Below, in pieces: positions 1 to 12,097 of a stretch of 64,000 nucleotides of DNA. The translations under genes were made by a program, and so were the position numbers. The notes beneath the pieces are model-generated. The model was not told where the DNA came from. It searched no databases and was given only the letters and a program-made list of their open reading frames with translations. This DNA comes from Mobula hypostoma. Taxonomy: Eukaryota. The stretch is taken from the NCBI RefSeq assembly GCF_963921235.1, contig NC_086097.1, positions 48,548,001-48,612,000 on the forward strand. Reading direction: 5' to 3'. Every line of letters starts with the position of its first letter. Positions within the stretch are counted from its first letter, which is position 1.

Positions 1-324
1 TAAGCTAGAGAGAGTCTATCCATATTAATATTATTATTATTAAAACACTTTATTATTGCTGAGGACCCAGCAGCTTCATCCTGAGGTGCACAGTTGACCA
101 GTGTGTTAACTGGACCAGCCATTTAAACACCACAGCTGTAACAGCAAGCCAGAGGTTTGGCAGCTTCTGTAGAATGACTCACGTTCTCTTCCTAAAATTT
201 TTCCACCATCATCAAAGCAAAAATCAGGAGTGTGATAGAATAGATTCAGTTTTCCAGGATAACAGCATCTCAATAAGTTTGATGCCATGCAGAATATAAT
301 GGATGATCGGTTTTGAAGTTCTCA

Positions 325-467
325 CCTGGCACTCCATCCACCATTCTGTTCTTTCATTGTCCCTCTACCACCTACATGCCATAACTACTGTATATACCAT
401 CCATAAAATGTATTTTAGCAACCTCATGAAAGCTCCTTCAAAAGCACCTCCAGAACTATTGACCTCT
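325..467 (+). mobile_element. Old CR1/L2-group LINE 3' region, left part (host of the LTR at 468-2232)
   Basis: Ends ...aaagcacctccagaactattgacctct and resumes at 2233 as ttctgccatcaaggaggacaag. This matches a recalled elasmobranch LINE 3' sequence (cagcacctcccaaacccgcgacctctaccacctagaaggacaagg). Confidence 0.55.
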
Positions 468-2232
468 TGTGTCAGGTTTCAGTGGGACTCAAGTGCAGAC
501 CAATGAATACTTTTTCACCAGGATTTATTAAGGACCACAAAGGCAACAGTCTTTCAAAAACAGAAGGCAGGCACAAATCCAAAATGGCAGGCAGAGGTCT
601 TACCCAGGAAAGGCAGTCAGGCAAGGGCAGACAATCCAGAGCACACAGGCAAAAATCAGGTCCAAGAACGGGCAAAATCCAAAGCACAGAATCAGACAAA
701 ATCAGTTGGCAGAAGTCACAATAACAGACTAGGACAACACAAGTCAGAACTGGGATGAACTGGCAGAGGATGCTAGTCAAGTTGAGGTTTAAATGGACAG
801 GGTAATGAGTGAAAATTAGAAACAGGTGGGTGCAAATGAGGAGACAAGCAGGTAGTTGGAGGAAGTCCAAAAAAGGAAAGGGGCTGGGTCAAACCAACAT
901 GGGAGGTTTCAGAGGGATACCTTTAGTCGGGTAGGGAATGATATCGCGAAAAATGTGGAGTGTTTGATCTGAGGATAAGTCCTTCAGTAGTTTATCCGGT
1001 TGTAGCTCCATGGAAGCTTGGCTCCATAGACTGGCATTTGTTAGAGGTAAAAAGGAAAGAAAGATATAAAACAGATTTGGTAAATGCATTTAACTGTCAT
1101 GTGATGGAAAAGTATAGTGATTATACTCACATTTATACGGATGGTGCGAAGGAACCTGAAACAGGAGTGACAGGGTTTGGGGTGGTAATACCAGCAAAAG
1201 AAATTGGAATCAGCAGAAGAACATCTAATAAGTTAGGGGTGTTTACAGTGGAGATGCTGGCAGTGTTGATTGCGTTGCAATGGGTGCAGAAAGCCAGACA
1301 AGCCAAAGCATTGATATGTTCAGATTCATCCTCAGTTCTAGCAAGTTTAAGGTTTTTTCACACAAACGGTCGGCAAGATGTACTTTATGAAGTCCTTCAG
1401 TTAGTTACAAGAATTGCAAATCAGGGAGGTCAGGTAAAATTTCTATGGGTTCCAGCACATGTAGGGGTGAAGGGGAATGAGAGGGTGGATGAGTTGGCAA
1501 AGAGGGCGTTAAAGAAAGTAAATGTGGAAATGCACATTAGTATCAGTAAAGCAGAGGTTAAGTGTGTAATCTGGGAAAAAGTCAACCGAATGTGGCAAGA
1601 AAGATGGACAGGGAGGGGAAAGGGAGGCATTTATATCAAATACAAAAGAGTGTTGCAGGTACTAGGGTAGGTAGTGGAAACAGAAGAGAGGAAACTGTGT
1701 GGACTAGGTTAAGGCTGGGGCATTGTGCATTAAACAAAACATTGAAAATGATAGGGAAACACCAGACAGGATTGTGTGAGAAATGTCAGGAAGAGGAGTC
1801 AGTAGAACATGTAGTTTTGTGTTGCAGGAAGTATGGGATACAGAGAGAGATGATGAGAAATAAATTAAGGGAGTTGGGGATGCAGGAATTCACATTAAAA
1901 GGGTTGCTGGGCATGGGTGAGAGAGCACAAGTCCAGGTATTTTTAGCGTTTTTAAGGGGTACAGGGGTTTTTTATAGAATATGACGAATAAACAGGAATA
2001 GGATACTAGGATGGTCAAAGATGGGAGGGTGAAGTGTAGGTTTGTGTATATATATATATATATATATATAAAATGCACCATTAAGCTGGATGCCAACCGC
2101 TGTAAAACAAGATACAGACAGACAGACAGAACCCACATGGCCAGGTGAAAGAAAACAGAAATTAAAGACCATCGTCATCCAGAGCTACCAGCAGAGGCCC
2201 TTCGACCCAGTGTTCAGGCCAGATTCTTAACA
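468..2232 (-). mobile_element. Solo LTR (Gypsy-type, about 530 bp without its insert), interrupted by a Nimb-like LINE
   Basis: TG(TGTCA)...TTAACA termini. TTTATT at 524-529 is AATAAA on the minus strand. GGGACTCAAGTGC matches the GCA(T/C)TTGGGTCC motif of the other LTRs in the window. Imperfect TSD ctct/ttct. Confidence 0.7.
903..2129 (+). mobile_element. 5'-truncated Nimb/I-group LINE: RNase H plus C-terminal CCHC knuckle, frameshifted
   Basis: ORF 960-1670 has RNase H motifs IYTDG, VEMLAV, CSDS and WVPAHVGVKGNERVDELAK. ORF 1562-1984 has TRLRLGH and CEKC...EHVVLCC. 3' end is aatgcaccattaagctggatgccaaccgc plus a (CAGA)n tail. 11-bp TSD aaccaacatgg (892-902) / aacccacatgg (2130-2140). Confidence 0.85.
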
Positions 2233-2480
2233 TTCTGCCATCAAGGAGGACAAGAGTACTACTAGGTACAGGGAAATACCATCATTTGGAGGCCCCTTTC
2301 CAGGTCACACGTCATTCTGAGTTTGAAGAATATTATTGTGCCTTCACGAAAGCTAGTCTAAATCCTGAAATGCTCTACCTAAGAACACCTCACTGGAAAG
2401 ACTACAGCAGCTCAAGAACGTGACTTATTATCATCTCCTCAACAGGAATTAATGTTAGACGATAAATGTCTATTCCTGTA
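2233..2480 (+). mobile_element. Old CR1/L2-group LINE 3' region, right part
   Basis: Continues 325-467 across the LTR. Similar remnants occur near 25490-25550 and 28370-28490. Confidence 0.55.
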
Positions 2481-4450
2481 AACAGATAATAATAAATCAG
2501 GCTTTATCAGTAGTTTTTAATTGCCAGACATCATAGGCAGATTGCATTGATACAACTTAAGACCATGATGTATCAGGTAACTTGAAGTAAGCAAAGCACC
2601 GATTAATAAATCTTTCAACACTAAATCCTCTGTTTTCAATGGCACAATAGCTGAACCTGTGAACATTTTATTTCCAAGCACAGGTACAAGGTGGTTTACA
2701 ATAGTGTCCATTAGCAGAGATGATTGGTTTCTACCCGATATCTGACCTTGTAGTTGAGACTTAACTAGCGGTACAATATCAGTTTTGCCTTCTGCTGCTA
2801 CCTCAGTATCATTTCCATCTCTCCCACAGAGCTAATAGGCATTAGGAGAAGCATTAATCCAGATAAATGAAAAATTTAGCAAAGAAACTGAAAATAAAAG
2901 TAATCTAATCAGTGTGTGAAAGTTTTCAACTGAAATCTCATTATACAAAGATTAAATTGTTCTTATTTCTCTTTCCAAAAATTTTTTAATTTAGCTGAAC
3001 GGTAAGGTTTAAACCCTACTCAACATGGCAGGATTAAGATTTATCTGATCCTTAAAATCTTACGAAAATAATTCTTGTCAATCAAATAGTACCCATTTCT
3101 TGTTCTCTTTCTTGTTTAACTGCTGTGTAAATTAATTTTGTATGTTTTATTTCTGTAAAATGTTACTGCTGAAAAATCTTTGACCTTTCTTATTTCTTAG
3201 GTTCTGTTCTTCCTTGTATTTACATTTTGTTGAGGCTCCTCTGTGTACAGCGTCAGGCAGATTCGCTGCAGTATGCCAGCTGAGTTTGCTGGCATGTACC
3301 TAGATTGTTTTCAGGAAGCTTTATAGACGCTACACATGGTGTCTCTAGGCAGCATGAGAAATGAGAAGCTCATTGTTTACAATTGATTACTCTCCCAGTG
3401 CAACACCTCAACACTACTTGTTCTGGGAAGTGTTACAGGACTCTTAATAATATGACCACTCCATGATTCAGTGCAGGTGGGATAATTATAAGTTTTGTTA
3501 ACAATACGAACATCATACATTTACAATCCACAATGATCAGTTTATCAGAGTGAAGGTAGGACTGATTAGAGATAAAGGTGGGAAGATGTGCCTGGAGGCT
3601 GTGGAAGTGAGCGAGGTCCTCAATGAATACTTCTCTTTGGTATTCACCAATGAGAGGGAACTTGATGATGGTGAGGACATTATGAGTGAGATTGATGTTC
3701 TGGAGCATGTTGATATTAAGGAAGAGGAGGTGTTGGAGTTGTTAAAATACATTAGGACGGGTAAGTCCCCAAGGCCTGACGGAATATTCCCCAGGCTGCT
3801 CCACGAGGCGAGGGAAGAGATTGCTGAGCCTCTGGCTAGGATCTTTATGTCCTCGTTGTCCACGGGAATGGTACCAGAGGATTGGAGGGAGGCGAATGTT
3901 GTCCCCTTGTTCAAAAAAGGTAGTAGGGATGATAGTCCGGGTAATTATAGACCAGTGAGCTTTACACCTGTGGTGGGAAAGCTGTTGGAAAAGATTCTTA
4001 GAGATAGGATCTATTGTCATGGTCCGGATCGGGGTCCCTTCAAATTTACTTTGTTTATGTTACGATCTGGACCGTTGACTCCCTGTTTCCCTTTGGTTCT
4101 CTGTTTTCCCGTGTCCCTCGGCTTTGGTGATTGGAGGCAATTACTCTTGACTGAATTGGTAGTTTATAGTCTCCGGCTTTCAGCTGTTCGGTGTGAGAGC
4201 GTCTGCAAAGTCACCAAAGGTACGACGTGCCAATGTCATCTGGCCGGAGCAAGCCTAGTCTCTGCCGAAGCATGTGCCGGTAATTCGCCTTTCCTCACCA
4301 GAGCAACCCGGTCCAGTTACCTCGCCAAAGCGAGCCTGCAAAGTTTCCTCACCGAGGTGGGTCCGTCAGTTAACCTGCCGGAGGGAATCAAGAACCACTG
4401 TCTACTGTTCCCAGGCCGAGTCGAGAGCTCGCCACTACCCGGAGGCTCAG

Positions 4451-4680
4451 AGTCAAGTCCTGGCTCCGGCGGAATTCAAGTTCCAAGTCAAGTCCTGGCC
4501 CTGGCGGCATCCAAGTACCACGTCCAAGTCCAAGTCCTGGCAGCATCCGAGTACCAAGTCAAGTCCTGGCCCTGGCGGCATCCAAGTACCAAGTCAAGTC
4601 CTGGCCCTGGCGGCATCCGAGTACAAAGTCAAGTCCTGGTCCTGGCGGCATCCAAGTACCTAGTCAAGTCCTGGTCCTGG
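4451..4680 (+). repeat. 35-bp minisatellite (about 6.5 copies) inside the LTR
   Basis: Unit caagtcaagtcctggccctggcggcatccaagtac; period 35 (e.g. 4555 and 4590). Confidence 0.9.
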
Positions 4681-4828
4681 TGGTCTGTGATTCCTGTCCT
4701 ACCCCCCTGTCTGAATCCCTTCTCTGCCCCCCTCGCCTCTAGCCCTCGTCTGTAGCCCTCGCCTGCACCTCGGTCTAGTTCTATCACTGGAGCTAGATAG
4801 GAACTGTGTTGCTCTTTGGTGTTTGTCT

Positions 4829-5016
4829 TGTCTTGTCCTCGCCTCCATGGGGTAAGTCAGGCCGTCTTGCCATTGCCCCGTGGGGAGTCATGTCTTGTCC
4901 TTGCCTCTGTGGGGTAAGTCCGGCCGTCTTGCCATTGCCCCGCGGGGGGGTCGTGTCTTGTCCCACCTCCGTGGAGTAAGTCAGGCCGTCTTGCCGTTGC
5001 CCCGCCAGGGGTCATG
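4829..5016 (+). repeat. 62-bp tandem repeat (3 copies) inside the LTR
   Basis: gtaagtc(a/c)ggccgtcttgcc recurs at 4852, 4914 and 4976. Confidence 0.9.
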
Positions 5017-7439
5017 AGTCCCGGCATTATGTCCTGTACCCAAGGAGGGGTCTTGGCTCTGTGTTCTGTGCATGTGTCCATGGTTCCATGTACCTGCTCT
5101 CCTGAGACCTAGGCTCTGTTTTCCATGTTCCTCCTCTCCCTAGCCCATGTCATGTCCATGTCTGGTTCTGGGGTCCGAGCCCAAGGCAAGACCCAGGTAC
5201 TGGGTCCTTGCCCAGTCTCGGGCTCGGAGTCCATACCCTAGCCTCTTCATGTCTCCTCTAGTTCTGGGAGCCGATTCCGAGTCCAAGCCCAGACCCATGG
5301 TCCCAGCCTAGTCGTAGTCCTCAGTCCTTGTCCAGTTCGCTATTCCTACTCCTGCCTTGCTCTCCTGGTTTCGAACAATAAACTAAATTTAATTAACCTC
5401 ACAAGATGTGTCTTGCATTTGGGTCCACCCTATGCCCCCGCCAGTGTGACATCTATGGGCACTTAGAGAATCATGGTCTGATCAGGGACAGTCAGCATGG
5501 CTTTGTGAAGGGCAGATTGTGTCTAACAAGCCTGATAGAGTTCTTTGAGGAGGTGACCAGGCATATAGACGAGGGTAGTGCAGTGGATGTGATCTATATG
5601 GATTTTAGTAAGGCATTTGACAAGGTTCCACATGGTAGGCTTATTCAGAAAGTCAGAAGGCATGGGATCCAGGGAAGTTTGGCCAGGTGGATTCAGAATT
5701 GGTTTGCCTACAGAAGGCAGAGGGTCATGGTGGAGGGAGTACATTCAGATTGGAGGATTGTGACTAGTGGTGTCCCACAAGGGTCTGTTCTGGGACCTCT
5801 ACTTTTCGTGATTTTTATTAACGACCTGGATGTGGGGGTAGAAGGGTGGGCTGGCAAGTTTGCAGATGACACAAAGATTGGTGGTGTCGTAGATAGTGTA
5901 GAGGATTGTTGAAGATTGCAGAGAGACATTGATAGGATGCAGAAGTGGGCTGAGAAGTGGCAGATGGCGTTCAACCCAGAGAAGTGTGAGGTGGTACACG
6001 TTGGAAGGACAAACTCCAGGGCAGAGTACAAAGTAAATTGCAGGATACTTGGTAGTGTGGAGGAGCAGAGGGATCTGGGGGTCCATGTCCACAGATCCCT
6101 GAAAGTTGCCTCACAGGTGGATAGGGTAGATAAGAAAGCTTATGGGGTGTTAGCTTTCATAAGTCGAGGGATAGAGTTTAACAGTCGCGATGTAATGATG
6201 CAGCTCTATAAAACTCTGGTTAGGCCACACTTGGAGCACTGTGTCCAGTTCTGGTCACCTCACTAAAGGAAGGATGTGGAAGCATTGGAAAGGGTACAGA
6301 GGAGATTTACCAGGATGCTGCCTGGTTTAGAGAGTATGCATTATGATCAGAGATTAAGGGATCTAGGGCTTTACTCTTTGGAGAGAACAATGATGAGAGG
6401 AGACATGATAGAAGTGTACAAGATAATAAGAGGAATAGATAGAGTTGTTAGCCAGCGCCTGTTCCCCAGGGCACCACTGCCCAATACAAGAGGACATTGC
6501 TTTAAGGTAAGGGGTGGGAAGTTCAAGGGGGATATTAGAGGAAGGTTTTTTACTCAGAGAGTGGTTTGTGCATGGAATGCACTGCCTGAGTCAGTGGTGG
6601 AGGCAGATACAATCGTGAGTTTAAGAGACTACTAGACAGGTATATGGAGGAATTTAAGGGGGGGGGGTTATATGGGAGGCAGGGTTTGAGGGTTGGCACA
6701 ACATTGTGGGCCGAAGGGCCTGTAATGTGTTGTACTATTCTATGTTCTATGTTTATAGGTAAAACCATAACATTAGTCCAGTATTTTTCATTGTAACTGT
6801 GGAATTAAAAATATTTAACTGTCAAATAGACATCAATCTCTGGTTGATTACACAGTTTCAAAATTCAACATCTTACTTTCAAAATAAAGCTGCAATGATG
6901 CAATAATATTTGTTCTTGAAGCCGATAACCTGATTTATCCTTGTCTAGGGTATCCAAGTTAGAGGTAAATAATAATTGCTTTGGCCATAGGAACGTTTTG
7001 GAACAGGTTCCCTTGCTGAAATATCCCACTTTGCATGCTATCCAACAAATCAGACTCTTAATCTATGATTCCAAAATCTGTGCTCTTTGAACCTTTATGT
7101 ATATGCAGGAGACACCTATAAACAAAAATTGTTTTTGATGTTAGTATTAACTGACAGAAGTCACTCTGGTCTCCTGATCATCCAGAGCAAGAGATCCAAA
7201 TCACATGTTGTCGCACCAGTTTTTGATAGAAACAACGATCTTTTATTACTCCTGGTACTTATCTCAAGCACAGTTTTCTTTGGTTCTTATACTGGAAGTC
7301 AATGAGCACTAATGATATTGCATTAATCCCTCATAATAAAACTGCCTGAGCTTTATCTCATATCATTCCTATGATTCCAATTTTAACACCAAGTGAACAG
7401 TAATCCTCCCAGAGTGGAATTTTTTTTCTCACTATCTTA

Positions 7440-8430
7440 AATGGACACCCTATTAATTTTTAGATAAAAATCCCTATTTCTAGGTTCTCTTTCAAGAGGA
7501 GAATCCACATCCACCCCAGCAAGACCACTCAAAACTTTATACATTTCAGTCAAATGCCTCTTTACTCTTCTAAATTCTCATAAATATGCAGCAAGCCAAA
7601 CTGGCCCAAACCTTTCTCCTAAGACAATGTGCTCATTAGTCTAAACTGGTTACAGTGCATAGACATCTGTTCTCAAGTAAGGAGACCAATGTGATATACA
7701 TTATCTCTAACATCATCTCACAACTGCCCAGTGTATCTGAACCACAGACTCCTTGCTTCTGTATTCAGTTCCCTGAGCAATAAGCAATAACATTCTGCTT
7801 TCTTAAATACAAGAGATTCTGCAGACGCTGGAAATCCAGAACAACACACACAAAATATTGGAGGAACTCAGCAGGTCAGGCAGCTTCTATGGAGAGGAAT
7901 AAACAGTCAATGTATTGGGCTGAGACCCTTTATTCCACTTACTCCTTTCCATAGAAGTTGCCTGACCTGCTGAGTTCTTCCATCATTTTGTATGTGTTAC
8001 TCTACATTCTGTTCTCCTTCCCAATTTGTTGTTAAAAATGCATACCATCGTTTTGCATCTTGGAGTTCTGCAGTCATTCACCAATAGATAAAAAACTTTG
8101 TTTTATTTTTTCTCTTAAAACAGACTATTTTGTGTTTTCAATAATAAACTCCATTTGCCAAATCTTTGCCAACTGCCCAATTTTTCCATGCCCCTTTGTA
8201 GCTTTCTTATGTCCGCTTCACAGCTTACTTCCCCACCTATCCTTGCTTCATCAGCAAATCTAACAAGTTTTCAGTACCTCGGCCCACATCACTTATATAA
8301 ATTGTAAAAAGTTGAAGACCCAGAACCACCCAGTCCCAAACCGTTCCTTACAAGTTGCAATTCAGAATAATGTAGTGATGCCTACTTTCTGTTCTTATTT
8401 AGTTAGCATATCTGTTATCCATGCAAGATG
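7440..8430 (-). mobile_element. Old degraded CR1 fragment
   Basis: Reverse-strand similarity to the CR1 RT C-terminus and 3' region seen in other copies; interrupted by 7805-8003. Confidence 0.5.
7805..8003. mobile_element. Palindromic Penelope-type short element with decayed hammerhead remnant
   Basis: 60-bp inverted arms at 7843-7902 and 7939-7998. The spacer carries cagtcaatgtattgggctgagaccctt. Flanking direct repeat acattctg at 7790-7797 / 8004-8011. Confidence 0.75.
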
Positions 8431-8564
8431 TTACTTCAACAGGAGATTTTATTTTTCTTTATGTCACCCTCCTGACTACTTTTAGAAATATTTTCAATGT
8501 TAAGCTATGAAAAATACTCCATCCTTTTCAGTTAGCCTTTTCTAAGCTCTCTCGCTCTCTTCTA

Positions 8565-8970
8565 GCTGCTGCTATCAGGAAGGAAGTACAGGAGCTTCAG
8601 GTCCTGCGCCACCAGGCTCAGGAGCAGGTATTACCCCTCAATCACCAGGCTCTCGAACCAGAGGGTATGATTTTACTCAACTTCACTTACCCCAACACTG
8701 AACTGATTATATAACCTGTCGACTCACTTTCAATGACATTTCAACTCACGTTCTTGATATTTATTGCTTATTTGTTTATTACCATTATTTTGTTTTTTTT
8801 ATATTTAAGCAGCTTGTCCTTTGTGCATAGACTGTCCGTCTTTGCTGTGTGCAATTTTTATTGAGTCTATTGTGTTTCCTTGTATTTACTGTGAATGCCT
8901 ACAAGCAATTGAATCTCAGGGTAGTATATGGTGACGTACTATATATGTATTTTAATAATAAATTGAATCT
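8565..8970 (+). mobile_element. Rex1/Babar-type LINE 3' end
   Basis: ctgctatcaggaaggaagtacaggagc...caccaggctcaggagcagg matches the ORF2 C-terminus (LPSGRRYRS...TRFRNS) of other copies; 3' UTR with AATAAA. Confidence 0.7.
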
Positions 8971-9785
8971 AACTGCTACCACCATCAATACAAGCATCAA
9001 AACAAAATCCCACCAAATCTTAAATAGAAGTTCAAAAATTCAAAAGATCAATGGTTTGCTGAGTAAAACCCTGAATAATTTATAGTACAGCTGGGCTGAA
9101 AGCTCACTGGCATTTCCATCGACTTTACCAGTTTTTGGGAATCAATGGATCAGCATTCTATTTACGCTCACTTCAAGTACCCAGCTTCGACGTAGCCTCA
9201 GGCTTGCAGGGGAGACATCTAGCAATATCAGATGCAGCAGGTTTGCTGTCAAGGGAAACAAATGTTCCATCTCTCAGAATAAACTCAATCGTGATCACAG
9301 TTGAATATTGCTGAAATGACACTAGTTGGTGTTGTCTTGAAACCTCAGACATCAGGTTTACTTTGGTTAGCCTTTATTCAGCACTGTATTGAAATATTGA
9401 TTTCCAGACAGAAGACGCTCTCAGACTGCAGTGATAGGGATTGCACCACTGCGACAAAGTAGGATTAGCAAGCCTCCATTTCATACAACGGCCTGGATTT
9501 TGCTACTGTTCCAGTGGCTTGTAGTTAACAGGCTGGCCGAGCAATTTAAAGAATTCCCACACACAGTAGTCCAGGAAGTTAAGTGCTTTAACTTTAGAAT
9601 TGAAAGGATAGACTATATCCATATTATTAAGATTGAATCTATGCTGAATTACTCACAATGCTGCTACAACTTCTACATTAAACTTCAAGGTTAAAATCCT
9701 AAAGATGATCTCAGTTCCATAAGAGTAATGACTGCAAATGATGGTGGTCTCACTATTAATATCACTGTAAAATAAGACCAGTGGT

Positions 9786-10136
9786 TAGAAACATAGACAC
9801 ATAGAAAACCTACAGCACAATACAGGCCCTTCAGCCCACAAAGTTGTGCCGAACATGTCCCTACCTTAGAAATTACTAGGGTTTCCTATAGCCCTCTATT
9901 TTTCTAAGCTCCATGTGCCTATCCAAAAGTCTCTTAAAAGACCCTTTCGTATCTGCCTCCACCACCATCACCGGCAGCCCATTCCACACACTCACCACTC
10001 TCTGAGTAAAAAACGTACCCCTGACATCTCCTCTGTACCTACTCCCCGGCACCTTAAACATGTGTCCTCTTGTGGCAACCATTTCAGCCCTGGGAAAAAG
10101 CCTCTGACTATCCACATGATCAATGCCTCTCATCAT
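9786..10136 (-). mobile_element. CR1 3' fragment (relatively young)
   Basis: ORF 9876-10136 MRGIDHVDSQRLFPR...FFTQRVVSVWNGLP; (TTCTATG)-like tail on the minus strand. Confidence 0.88.
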
Positions 10137-10244
10137 GTTGATGTTGGCAAATGGGAGCAGCTATGTTGAATGAGATTTTGCATAAAAGTGTTTTGACAAA
10201 ACGGAATTAGTATCCCATGCAATTGATAAGAGTACATTAAACAT

Positions 10245-10435
10245 GATAGGGCTGCGGAGGCCAAGTCATGGATGACTTTTAAGACTGAGGTTGATAGGCT
10301 TGTGATTGGTAAAAGAGTTAAGAGTTATAAGGAGAAGCCCAGAGGAAGGGATTGAGAAAAAAAATTCGGCCATGATCGGGTGGTGGAGCAGACTTGATGG
10401 GCAGGATACTCTAATTCTGCTCCTACATCTTATGG
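10245..10435 (+). mobile_element. CR1 3' UTR fragment
   Basis: Matches the 3' ends at 17150-17340 and 31270-31465 (ggaggccaagtcat...taattctgctccta). Confidence 0.75.
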
Positions 10436-10679
10436 AAATGAAAATACATCTTGCCCTGATGCTGTCTCAAACTGAGCCCATTGGAAGTTGTGGGATAAGT
10501 CAAGTTTTATGTTAAAGCAATAAAAATTTTGTACTTTATGAATTGGATTAGACTTGAAATGTCACCAAATTCCCATAATCCTGTTCCAGGAGGAATGCGA
10601 GAGGCAGGGGACGAATGGAGCATGCAAGGAAAGGAGGCATTAAAATAATATATGGAAAATACCATGATACTTGCACACA

Positions 10680-11270
10680 TTCTCCACCTGGAGTTACCTA
10701 GAACCTACTTTGGGGATGGGTGAGTCCTGGGGTGGACGTCCTTCTGACTTAAGGAAGGTGAAACGTCTTCCAAGGCCCCTCCTTTCCAGAAGTAGTGATC
10801 ACTGCAGGACCACTAATCGGCTTTTCATGCAGGAGGTCATTTGCGTACGGCCTCTCCTACACTACCGCGCCCATTGCAACGCCTTCACATGGCGTCCCTG
10901 TTCTTAATGAGTTTGCTGTGTTGCGGTGCGACTGTGTCCAGAAGTATAACAGGGTGGGTAGGCTGTGCCTATCAGCCTTGGGTGGCAGCCAACCTACGAG
11001 AAGGACAACTCCAATTCCAAACCCGGGTAGATGGGACTCATTGGCCTTGCCAGGCAGTCTGTCTAGGAGAAGGAAAACTCCAATACTCAGCCTTGCGGGT
11101 CACCACAGTCGTCGCAGCTCACTGTGCCATTGTGGAATGCCCCGTGGCCTAAAGAATAGAATCTGTCTGTGCTCACCGATCCTCACCATAAACCTACGGT
11201 ACGCAGGTGGGAAGAAAAGTCCTATAGTGATGGAGTTTTCCTTCTGATCTCTGCAAGTGAAGAACCAGCC
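10680..11270 (+). mobile_element. GC-rich repeat, probably an RTE-type LINE 5' UTR or derivative
   Basis: Duplicated ggcagyc...ctaNgagaaggamaactcc motif at 10984-11018 and 11053-11088, which I recall from RTE-family 5' UTRs. No ORF is attached. Confidence 0.4.
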
Positions 11271-11448
11271 AGCCAGCTAGCCACTTAGCGGAAGAAAAGT
11301 TTGCAGCATGGACGAAGTTGGGTTAGATTTGGCAACACACCCTGTACCAGCCTCCAGCTATCGGAGACAGGAATGCAGGATAATGACCCTCTGGCTTGTC
11401 CGGTTTTTCTTAAAATGTGTGCTATGTATTAATTCCAGTTGTTCTGAC

Positions 11449-12097
11449 TGAAACGCCCTGGTTTCCTTGGCTGTGTAAGTCTAGGGAAGTCAACCTTCGG
11501 CCCTACAAAACTTGTGAGTTTGAGGCGTGCTCGATCCTACCCCAAACCCCGGTTTGTCACTGGCTACCCTGTTACAAACTAATGTCATGGAATAACAGAC
11601 AGTACACTGCATACGATTAAAGGAATTATATTTATAAATCTTAACTAAAGGGTTAGTAAAAAAATAACAAAATGAAAACGGCCCATTCTAATTAAACAAT
11701 CAAATGTGCAGAAGTTGGAGCTCATCTTGAACTTCTCTGTCACTCATGCTCTGGGCCCTCGGTCAACCTGAAAGCACACACCACCTTCCGAACGTCGTTC
11801 GCAATTCATCTCAAACAAATGGGTTTCCCACTGGCTCGTATGCTATGACTAGTTCTCCCCAGCATCTTCTCTCTTCTTCTCCTCACGAACAAAAGCCACA
11901 AGCCCAATCTTAGTGTCCCTCACCAGAGAAACCTTCCTTTAATCCGACCATCCTAATTGGATGGCACACATTTCTCCTCATCTCTTATCTTCAACCGTAA
12001 CCCAAACAAGCATGAAAACAGAGCAGACTGCTCTTACAGAACTGCCCAAATGAAATACATACAGCATAACAGTAAAAATATGAACCAGGACATTACA
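11449..12097. mobile_element. Solo LTR, 649 bp, Gypsy-type
   Basis: Imperfect 15-bp terminal inverted repeats tgaaacgccctggtt / aaccaggacattaca. 4-bp TSD tgac/ttac (1 mismatch). Confidence 0.65.

Larger units (their letters stand above)
4015..5451 (+). mobile_element. Solo LTR, 1437 bp, Gypsy-type
   Basis: TGTCA...TGACA termini. Perfect 5-bp TSD tctat (4010-4014 / 5452-5456). AATAAA at 5377-5382. The CR1 reading frame rejoins (RDRIY|GHLE) when the insert is removed. Confidence 0.93.
3546..6750 (+). mobile_element. 5'-truncated CR1 LINE (RT domain to 3' UTR), split by a solo LTR
   Basis: Motifs [53 protein letters not shown] and KFADDTK. In-frame stops near 5910 and 6264. (TTCTATG)n tail at 6738-6753. 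Possible TSD gtttat at 3540-3545 / 6751-6756. Confidence 0.92.

Noticed and set aside
960..1670. Host RNase H1 gene
   Set aside because: It is followed by a LINE CCHC domain, a microsatellite tail and a TSD, so it is retrotransposon-derived.
4451..4680. 35-bp repeats as a CRISPR array
   Set aside because: The units are head-to-tail with no unique spacers, sit inside an LTR, and the context is eukaryotic with no cas genes.
3550..4755. 401-aa ORF as a novel gene
   Set aside because: It is a chimera: the CR1 RT frame reads through into the solo LTR and its 35-bp minisatellite at the TSD-defined junction (4015).
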